From: Nitrospinales bacterium
GTDB lineage: Bacteria > Nitrospinota > Nitrospinia > Nitrospinales > JAJDAT01
Assembly (NCBI GenBank): GCA_046757665.1
Contig: JBHHYO010000062.1
Location: forward strand, 1-16,535
Length of the DNA: 16,535 bases
Reading direction: 5' to 3'
Below the pieces are notes generated by a model. The model had not been told where the DNA came from. It searched no databases and saw nothing but the letters and a program-made list of their open reading frames with translations. This document shows positions 1 to 6,418 of this stretch, one piece after another. The first letter of the stretch is position 1, and every line of letters starts with the position of its first letter. The translations under genes and the position numbers were made by a program.

Positions 1-52
1 CCATCGAGGCTTCATTCTTCTTGGCAAAATCCAGCGCTTCTTTTGGCGTCAT
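1..52 (-). CDS. glnA: Glutamine synthetase type I, N-terminal fragment (runs off the window edge)
   Basis: Manual translation from ATG at 52 gives MTPKEALDFAKKNEASM..., resembling GSI N-termini of the MTPKEVLxFAKxxxxxMVD type. Strong SD (GAAGGAGGGG, 61-70). Lies directly downstream of glnB, the common glnB-glnA order. Only 17 codons are visible. Confidence 0.8.
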   Translation of the reverse strand, partial: MTPKEALDFAKKNEASM

Positions 53-153
53 CGGCCGATCCCCTCCTTCTAATAGTCGTTAAAAAGATTTTGTCTTGCG
101 GAGCCTGTAAGATACAAGCGCCCCCAGGTTAAACACCCTACCCGCCGCGCGGG

Positions 154-522
<369 letters not shown>

Positions 523-524
523 TC

Positions 525-585
525 AAAAAGACCGATTGCCCCAAACCCCGACTAGCAAGAACGGCGGGAGGGGGAATGATCGGCC
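525..585 (-). promoter_or_regulatory. Candidate attenuator-like hairpin plus U5 tract in the glnB leader
   Basis: Hand-folded minus-strand RNA: GGCCGAU(585-579) pairs with AUCGGUC(536-530), CCCC with GGGG, UCCCG(569-565) with CGGGG(550-546), then UUUUU (529-525). No energy calculation was done. Confidence 0.35.
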
Positions 586-659
586 CACACCGGCACACTC
601 CAAGACAGACTCGCCCAAGGGAAAATCCATGAGTTCCGCCCAAGTTTCCGAAAGAAGAT

Positions 660-665
660 ATTATA
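660..665 (-). promoter_or_regulatory. Possible sigma70 -10 element (TATAAT) for glnB-glnA
   Basis: Perfect TATAAT on the minus strand in an AT-rich patch about 170 nt upstream of the glnB ATG. No convincing -35 at 16-18 bp spacing. Confidence 0.4.
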
Positions 666-746
666 TACAAGGTGATTGGACTTTTTGGGAAAAAAAACAA
701 AAAACCTTGAACTTAAGCATTTGACCAACAGCGATGCACAAAAGGA

Positions 747-763
747 TTCAATAAGTGTGCCAA
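747..763 (-). promoter_or_regulatory. sigma54 (-24/-12) promoter oriented toward glnB-glnA
   Basis: Minus strand TTGGCAC-ACTTA-TTGAA versus consensus TGGCAC-N5-TTGC(A/T). Spacing is exact, with GA instead of GC at -12. Upstream of nitrogen-assimilation genes that are often sigma54-dependent. Confidence 0.7.
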
Positions 764-775
764 CAGGGCCGGATT

Positions 776-788
776 TTGCAATACGTTA
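776..788. promoter_or_regulatory. IHF-like binding site
   Basis: TTGCAATACGTTA matches 7 of 9 specified positions of WATCAA-N4-TTR and lies between the sigma54 core and the putative enhancer boxes. Confidence 0.35.
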
Positions 789-856
789 AAAATTAGGGAG
801 TTAGGGCGAACAAGCCTGCTTAGGAAGCCGTGGGAAGGCTGTTTCAATGCGAATTG

Positions 857-905
857 TGCTTCATTAATCGGCGGCGGCGAAAAGTTTTTGCTGAAAAAAC
901 AAGCA
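857..905. promoter_or_regulatory. Pair of 17-bp NtrC-type enhancer boxes (857-873 and 889-905)
   Basis: TGCTTCATTAATCGGCG and TGCTGAAAAAACAAGCA are TGC-N11-GC(A/G) boxes with AT-rich centres. Their centres are 32 bp apart, about -129 and -161 from the predicted sigma54 start. Confidence 0.5.
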
Positions 906-927
906 TCGGGTTTCGGCAAACCGGAGG

Positions 928-1560
928 TCAGGCGCCCTCGGAGGTCAACCGGTTCAGGGCGGTTTCCAGTTCGGCTTGTTTTTCCTGAACGACATTGTCG
1001 TCGGCGCCCGGCGGCACCTGAATGGGGTCGCCGACATTGAGGGTGACGCGGGTGAAGGGGAGAGGCAGGACAAAGCGGTCCCAGCTGTTAAACTCGATCT
1101 TGTTTCTGGCGTTCCAGGCGAGGGGGATGATCGGCGCGCCGGTGATGGCGGCCAATTGCAGTGAACCCGCCTGCGCCTTGTGCCGGGGTCCGCGCGACCC
1201 GTCGGCAACGACGATAATCCTCTGGCCGCGCCGCAACACCCGGATCAACGCCCGCGCCGCGGACACGGGTTTCTTGTAGCTGGAACCGCGGATAACGGAA
1301 TACCCCAGCAACCGCGCCACGCCGGCCAGCAGGTCGCCGTCCTTGCTGGGGCTGATCAACAGGCAAATGTCGCTACGGCGGCGGTAGTGATAAAAAATGT
1401 AAAATATCCTGCTGTGCCACAGGGTCAGGATGTAGCTGTCGGGCAGGTCGCGGAGAAACGCATCGCGGTTTTTTCCGTGGACGCGCAGGGTTCGGCACCA
1501 GAGGCGAAATCCCGCGCAGAGAATGCGGGTCAGGACGCGGTCAACCATCGGCTTTTTCAT
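928..1560 (-). CDS. DUF374 / lysophospholipid-acyltransferase-fold protein, LpxJ-like lipid A late acyltransferase (about 210 aa)
   Basis: Motifs LWHSR, LISPSKDG, IRGSS, DGSRGPR and SWDRFVLPLPF are typical of DUF374. Probable start is ATG 1560 (or 1548), overlapping the lpxB 3' end; the track start at 1770 lies deep inside lpxB. LpxJ is a characterised DUF374 member; function here is inferred from family and context. Confidence 0.85.
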   Translation of the reverse strand: MKKPMVDRVLTRILCAGFRLWCRTLRVHGKNRDAFLRDLPDSYILTLWHSRIFYIFYHYRRRSDICLLISPSKDGDLLAGVARLLGYSVIRGSSYKKPVSAARALIRVLRRGQRIIVVADGSRGPRHKAQAGSLQLAAITGAPIIPLAWNARNKIEFNSWDRFVLPLPFTRVTLNVGDPIQVPPGADDNVVQEKQAELETALNRLTSEGA

Positions 1561-2716
1561 GGGTCGGCAAGAGGTGGAGGTCGGCGGCGATACTTTCGGC
1601 GGCGCGCCGGGCCACCCCGGGAACGCCCAGGGACTTGCCGATACCGGCGAGCTTGTCCCGCACGCTCCGGTCCAATTCCGGGTTTTTGAGAATCCGCAAG
1701 GCCTCGCGGGCGATGTTGCCGGGGGTCGCCGCGGCCTGGACCAATTCCGGCACCACCCGCTCCCCGGCAACGATATTGACCAGGCCGAAATGGTCGACTT
1801 TGACCAGCCGCCGGGCCAGCCAGTAGGTGAGAGGGCTGAGTTTATAAACGATCACCATCGGGGTTCCCAGCAATCCGGCTTCCAGCGTCGCCGAGCCGGA
1901 CGCCGTGATCAGAAAGTCGCAACAATTCATGACATCGTAATTGCTTCCGGTCACCGTCCGGATATCCAGGGGATTGGGTTGCAGTTTGCGGCGGATATAT
2001 TCCGGGTCGATGGAGTCGGCCACGGGAAGGAGGAACTGGCAATCGCGGATTTCATTCCTGATTTTTCCGGCGGCCTCGATCATGACGTGCAGGAGGGAGT
2101 CGATTTCGTTTTTCCTGCTTCCGGGCAGGAGGCCGACGGTTTTTACATCCGTCCGCAAGCCGAATTTTTTCAGGGCGTCTTGCGGCGGCAGTGTCGGGCG
2201 GACCAGTTCGATGAAGGGGTGGCCGACAAAGTCAACGTTGACTCCGGCCTCGCGGTACAAGGTTTCCTCGAAGGGGAACAGGACCAGCATTTTGGTAACG
2301 TCGCGGCGGATGTCCTTGATCCGGCCGCCGCGCCAGGCCCAGATTTGCGGGCTGATGAAATAAAAAACCGGGCAGTTGACCTGTTTGCACTTTTTGGCCA
2401 GCCGCAGGTTCAGGGTGGGGTAGTCGATCAAGATGGCGGCGTCGTACTTGTTGCCGGCGATTTCCGCGGTCAGTTTGCAATAGACTTTGAGATAATGCGC
2501 GATATTGCCGAGGATTTCCACGAGGCCGACGGCGCCCATCCGGTCGATGTCAAAAAAGGTGTGGACGCCGGCGCGGCGCATTTTCCCGCCCCCCATTCCC
2601 CGGAAGGCAAGCCCGGGGCAGAGGGTTTTCAAGGCCTCGACCAGATGACTGCCGTGCAGGTCGCCGGACTCCTCTCCGGCGACGATCAGGATGTTTTGCG
2701 GGGCGGATTGAGGCAT
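1541..2716 (-). CDS. lpxB: Lipid-A-disaccharide synthase
   Basis: AGEESGD, LIDYP, SPQIWAWR, FVGHP, LLPGSRKNEI and SGSATLE motifs; 391 aa; lpx cluster context. Confidence 0.97.
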   Translation of the reverse strand: MPQSAPQNILIVAGEESGDLHGSHLVEALKTLCPGLAFRGMGGGKMRRAGVHTFFDIDRMGAVGLVEILGNIAHYLKVYCKLTAEIAGNKYDAAILIDYPTLNLRLAKKCKQVNCPVFYFISPQIWAWRGGRIKDIRRDVTKMLVLFPFEETLYREAGVNVDFVGHPFIELVRPTLPPQDALKKFGLRTDVKTVGLLPGSRKNEIDSLLHVMIEAAGKIRNEIRDCQFLLPVADSIDPEYIRRKLQPNPLDIRTVTGSNYDVMNCCDFLITASGSATLEAGLLGTPMVIVYKLSPLTYWLARRLVKVDHFGLVNIVAGERVVPELVQAAATPGNIAREALRILKNPELDRSVRDKLAGIGKSLGVPGVARRAAESIAADLHLLPTHEKADG

Positions 2717-2740
2717 ACGACCGGGTTTGTTTTCAGGGAA

Positions 2741-3559
2741 TCATACGGCGACGAGGCTGAGGCCGCCCTCGTCGGCGCGTTTCACCACTTGCGGGAGGTC
2801 GGCGATCATGACGCGCCCGGCTTCCACGGCCAGCACCGAGGCCCCGCCTTGCACCAGCAGTTCCACGGTTTTTTCGCCGATGCCGGGCGTGTCGTACCGG
2901 TAGTCCTGGTTGGTGCGGCTCACCTTGACGGCGACGCATTTGCCTTTTGCCAGCGAGCAACCGCGTTGAATGGCTTGATCCGTCCCCTCCACCGCCTCGG
3001 CGGCGATCACGGTTTTGTTTCTGACCAAAAGGGTCTGGCCGATTTCCATGTCGGCAAGTTTTTTGGCGATGGGCAACGCGAAGCGGATATCTTCGTCTTC
3101 CTTCCGGGAGGGTTTGCGGTGGGTGAGGACGCCGGGCTCGGGAAACAACTCTTTTAAAAATTCCATCTGGCTCAACACGGTAAATCCTTCTTTTTGCAAT
3201 TCCACGATCACGCCGCTCAGCACGGATTTGTCTTCGTGCGTCACCAGGCGCTTGAGGGCTTTCAAGGCCCGCAGGTCAAAGAGCTGGGGTTTGAAGAGAA
3301 TGCTTTTTTCGATCTTGCCGAGCATGAGGACGCCGTGGACGTTTTCTTTTTTCAAGGTATCGACGATCTTGCCGCTTTGCCCCACACCGATGGAATAGTG
3401 CCTGTCCACGAACGGCTGGAGGCTGGCGTCGATGTCTTTGGAAAACGCGATGGAAACCAGTTGCACGCCGCGGGCGCGCGCCCGGCGGGCAAAGTAAACG
3501 GGGATGTCCCCGGCCCCGGCAAGCAGACCGATGCGTTGGGAGGTGCCGAAGTTCTGCAT
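2741..3559 (-). CDS. lpxI: UDP-2,3-diacylglucosamine pyrophosphatase LpxI (DUF1009)
   Basis: IGLLAGAGDIP N-terminus, EIGQT, EAVEGTD and QDYRYDTPGIG motifs; located between lpxA and lpxB. Confidence 0.95.
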   Translation of the reverse strand: MQNFGTSQRIGLLAGAGDIPVYFARRARARGVQLVSIAFSKDIDASLQPFVDRHYSIGVGQSGKIVDTLKKENVHGVLMLGKIEKSILFKPQLFDLRALKALKRLVTHEDKSVLSGVIVELQKEGFTVLSQMEFLKELFPEPGVLTHRKPSRKEDEDIRFALPIAKKLADMEIGQTLLVRNKTVIAAEAVEGTDQAIQRGCSLAKGKCVAVKVSRTNQDYRYDTPGIGEKTVELLVQGGASVLAVEAGRVMIADLPQVVKRADEGGLSLVAV

Positions 3560-3566
3560 TCTCGCG

Positions 3567-3620
3567 TCAATCCCTGAAGCCGGGAAACCGGAAGATGCCA
3601 GCCACGACGCTACGAATCAT
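3567..3620 (-). CDS. Candidate 17-aa small ORF MIRSVVAGIFRFPGFRD
   Basis: GGAGG SD (3634-3630) 9 nt before ATG (3620); TGA at 3569-3567 ends 7 nt before the lpxI ATG. No homology recognised. Confidence 0.25.
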   Translation of the reverse strand: MIRSVVAGIFRFPGFRD

Positions 3621-3647
3621 GTCCTGTTCCCTCCCGGTTTGCGGCGT

Positions 3648-4613
3648 TTATTGTTTTCTTCGGTTGTTGAACTGCTCCAGGATTTTCAGGGCAATTTCGA
3701 GGGAATAAAGTTCCTTGTCGGCGGCGACTTTACGGAGACTGCCATTGGCCGCGCAATCCAGAAAATGCTTGATCTCCAGCTTCAGCGGGTTGTCCTTGTG
3801 AACAAAAATCCTCTCAACCATGGAAGCCTGGGTGTAGCGGAGGGAATCCTTCCTCAACTCGTGTTCGGACGACGACTTGCGATGAACATAGATTTCCTGG
3901 TCGGTGTAGTCCAGGACGACATAAGAATCTTTCTGGGTGATGGCCAGGGTCCTCACTTTATTGTGCGAGACGCGGCTGGCGATGATATTGGCGACGCAGT
4001 CGTTCTCGAATTCGAGCTGGGCGTTGACCAGGTCGTCCTTGCCGGAAAAAACGGAGGCGCCCTGGACATTGATGTTTCTCACCTTGGAATCGATCAGGTT
4101 CAAGAGGATGTCGATGTCGTGAATCATGATGTCCAGCACCACGCCGTCGTCCAGAATGCGGTCGGAGAAAGGCCCCATGCGTTTGCATTCCACGAAAATC
4201 GGCTGGGTGACGATTTTCTGGATTTCCTGGACGGCGCCATTGAACCGCTCGACGTGGCCGGTGTGAAGCGTCAGTTTATTCTTTTCGGCCAGATCGAACA
4301 GTTCCCTGGCTTCCTGCAAATTATTGGTACAGGGTTTTTCCAGAAGCACATGGATGCCCGATTCCAGAAAATCCCTGGCCACGGTGTAATGCGCGGAGGT
4401 GGGGACGGCGACGATCACCAGATCCACCTGGCCAAAGAGGTCCCGATGGCAAGTGTAATGCGGCACGCTGTACTGGCGGCCGACGGTTGCGGCACGGTCT
4501 TCGTCAATATCGGCGATACCGGTCAGTTGGATTTCCGGGAAGTCGGATAAGATGCCGACGTGGTAGGAGCCCATTCTGCCCACGCCGACCACGCCGGCCT
4601 TGATTTTTTTCAT
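3648..4613 (-). CDS. gnnA: Gfo/Idh/MocA-family NAD-dependent oxidoreductase, probable UDP-GlcNAc 3-dehydrogenase (GnnA-like)
   Basis: GVVGVGRMG Rossmann motif, LLEKP, GHVERFN and VVLDIMIHDID. Start overlaps the lpxA stop (TAATG, 4611-4615). The family call is secure; the GnnA identity is inferred from position right after lpxA. Confidence 0.8.
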   Translation of the reverse strand: MKKIKAGVVGVGRMGSYHVGILSDFPEIQLTGIADIDEDRAATVGRQYSVPHYTCHRDLFGQVDLVIVAVPTSAHYTVARDFLESGIHVLLEKPCTNNLQEARELFDLAEKNKLTLHTGHVERFNGAVQEIQKIVTQPIFVECKRMGPFSDRILDDGVVLDIMIHDIDILLNLIDSKVRNINVQGASVFSGKDDLVNAQLEFENDCVANIIASRVSHNKVRTLAITQKDSYVVLDYTDQEIYVHRKSSSEHELRKDSLRYTQASMVERIFVHKDNPLKLEIKHFLDCAANGSLRKVAADKELYSLEIALKILEQFNNRRKQ

Positions 4614-5383
4614 TACTTGGTAATTCCCCGGGAGGATTCTTTAATAAAGTTAACAAGATAGCTAATTTCCTCGGACATTTCAATTTCCGTTTCAATTTTT
4701 TCGACGGCCTGGGTGGTATTCAAATCCGCTTGCCGAAGCAATTTGAAGGCGTTTTTCACGGCGGAGCGGGCTTTGGGGGGGAACCCGTTTCTCCGCAAGC
4801 CGACGGCATTCAGGCTGACCAGCCGGGCCGGGTTGCCCTCGACCAGGGAAAACGGCAGGACGTCTTTTCTGACGGCGGCCATGCCGCCGACCATGGCATA
4901 TTTGCCGATACGGACGAATTGATGAATGCCCACCAACCCGGAAATGAAGGCTCCGTCCCCGACCTGAATGTGCCCCGGCAAGCCGGTATAGTTGACGAGC
5001 ACCACGTGGTCGCCGAGCCGGCAGTCGTGGGCGACGTGGCAGTAGGCCATAATCATGCAGTGCCTGCCCACCTCGGTGACGCCCTGTTCCACCGCCGAAC
5101 GATGAACGGTGACGAACTCACGGATGACCGTGCCCTCGCCGATTTTCACGATGGAGGAGATTTCTTTTTTGAAGTTTACGATTTGCGGGTCTCCTCCCAG
5201 GGAGGCGCCATGGAAAATGCGGCAGTTTTTGCCGATAACGGTCCCCGCTTCGATGTTGACGTTGGGTCCCACCTCGGTCGCATCGCCGATTTGCACGCCG
5301 GGACCAATGGTGGTGAAGGGACCGACAGAGACACGGCTCCCTAAAACGGCGCTGGGATGGATGACGCCGGAATGATGAATCAT
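4613..5383 (-). CDS. lpxA: Acyl-ACP:UDP-N-acetylglucosamine(3N) acyltransferase
   Basis: Hexapeptide repeats, IREFVTVHR, catalytic HVAHDC, GH, HQF, GNPA and LNAVGLRR; downstream of fabZ. Confidence 0.97.
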   Translation of the reverse strand: MIHHSGVIHPSAVLGSRVSVGPFTTIGPGVQIGDATEVGPNVNIEAGTVIGKNCRIFHGASLGGDPQIVNFKKEISSIVKIGEGTVIREFVTVHRSAVEQGVTEVGRHCMIMAYCHVAHDCRLGDHVVLVNYTGLPGHIQVGDGAFISGLVGIHQFVRIGKYAMVGGMAAVRKDVLPFSLVEGNPARLVSLNAVGLRRNGFPPKARSAVKNAFKLLRQADLNTTQAVEKIETEIEMSEEISYLVNFIKESSRGITK

Positions 5384-5396
5384 TGTCGGGAAGCGA

Positions 5397-5828
5397 TCAG
5401 GTTTTGCCTAACATGGCTTGCAAAACGCATTGGGCCACCAGTTTGTCGCCGACGAGGGCACGGCCCTGAAACCGAAACAACTCGCCCCGCTGTTTTTCCT
5501 TGGTCAGTTCCAGGCGAATCTGGTCCCCGGGAATCACGGGTTTGCGAAACTTGGCGTTGTCGATACCGGTAAAAAACACCACGGGGGACCCTTCTTTTTT
5601 CAGGATTTTCAAGGCCAGGATGCAGGCCGTCTGGGCCATGGCTTCAATAATCAATACGCCCGGCATCACCGGGTAATCGGGAAAATGCCCCTGAAAAAAC
5701 GGTTCGTCGCCGGCGACATTCTTGATGCCGACGATGCGGGACTCATTGTCGCATTCGATAATGCGGTCCACCAGCAAAAACGGGAACCGGTGCGGGATGA
5801 TCTTTTTGATTTCGTTGATGTCAATCAT
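5397..5828 (-). CDS. fabZ: 3-hydroxyacyl-ACP dehydratase
   Basis: PHRFPFLLVDRI and EPFFQGHFPDYPVMPGVLIIEAMAQ signature; 143 aa. Confidence 0.98.
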   Translation of the reverse strand: MIDINEIKKIIPHRFPFLLVDRIIECDNESRIVGIKNVAGDEPFFQGHFPDYPVMPGVLIIEAMAQTACILALKILKKEGSPVVFFTGIDNAKFRKPVIPGDQIRLELTKEKQRGELFRFQGRALVGDKLVAQCVLQAMLGKT

Positions 5829-5843
5829 TGGCGGGCGGGGCCA

Positions 5844-6389
5844 TTATTTATAGGTTCGGTCATAAGCCTTGATGGCCAGGTCCGTCAAATCCTGGTCCTT
5901 GGAAAAATAAATCACGGTGCTTTGATCCATGATAAAGCTGAATTTTTTGTCCTTGCCGATTTTTTGAACGATTGTGACCATTTTTTTGATGATCTTTTGG
6001 GAGGCCTCCCGCTCTCTAATGGCGAAGTCTTCGTTGCGGTCTTTGACGTAGCGCTCGAATTCTCTTTTTTGTTCGCGGAACTTTTTTTCTCTATCGGATT
6101 TGAGGGTCGGGTCCAAAACGTAACTTTGCTTGCTGAGGTCTTCCAGAATTTTTTTAATGCGTTTTTCTTTCCGTTGGATGATTTTTTGTTCTTTTTGGTA
6201 TTCTTTTTTAAAAGCCGCAAATTGTCTTTTCCATTCCCTGGTGCTGGAAACGGCTTTCTGCAAATCGACGAAGCCGATGCGGGACGGGGACGCGGCCAGG
6301 GCCTGGGAAAAATTCCCGGCCACAAGGCACGCGGCAACCATCAGGGGCATGAGAATGTGTTGTGAGCGATAAAAGGATTTCGTATTCAT
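5844..6389 (-). CDS. skp: Periplasmic OMP chaperone Skp/OmpH
   Basis: Signal peptide ending ALA-A, RIGFVDLQKA strand, long Lys/Arg/Glu-rich coiled coil, DLTDLAIKAY end; follows bamA. Start uncertain (6395, 6389 or 6350). Confidence 0.93.
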   Translation of the reverse strand: MNTKSFYRSQHILMPLMVAACLVAGNFSQALAASPSRIGFVDLQKAVSSTREWKRQFAAFKKEYQKEQKIIQRKEKRIKKILEDLSKQSYVLDPTLKSDREKKFREQKREFERYVKDRNEDFAIREREASQKIIKKMVTIVQKIGKDKKFSFIMDQSTVIYFSKDQDLTDLAIKAYDRTYK

Positions 6390-6418
6390 AGTCAAAAAAT
6401 CTTTCCGGTAGTTAACTA

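Noticed and set aside
563..641. tRNA-sized segment closed by GGCGG/CCGCC
   Set aside because: No TTC T-loop, D-loop or anticodon arm; not a tRNA.
722..738. Third NtrC-like 17-mer (TGCATCGCTGTTGGTCA on minus)
   Set aside because: The right half does not fit the GCA end; too weak to call.
1523..3157. 544-aa plus-strand ORF opposite lpxB and lpxI (likewise 3504-4550, 5418-6365, 7727-8665, 9766-11382, and minus-strand 15388-16533)
   Set aside because: Antisense shadows of well-supported genes, with no independent coding signal.
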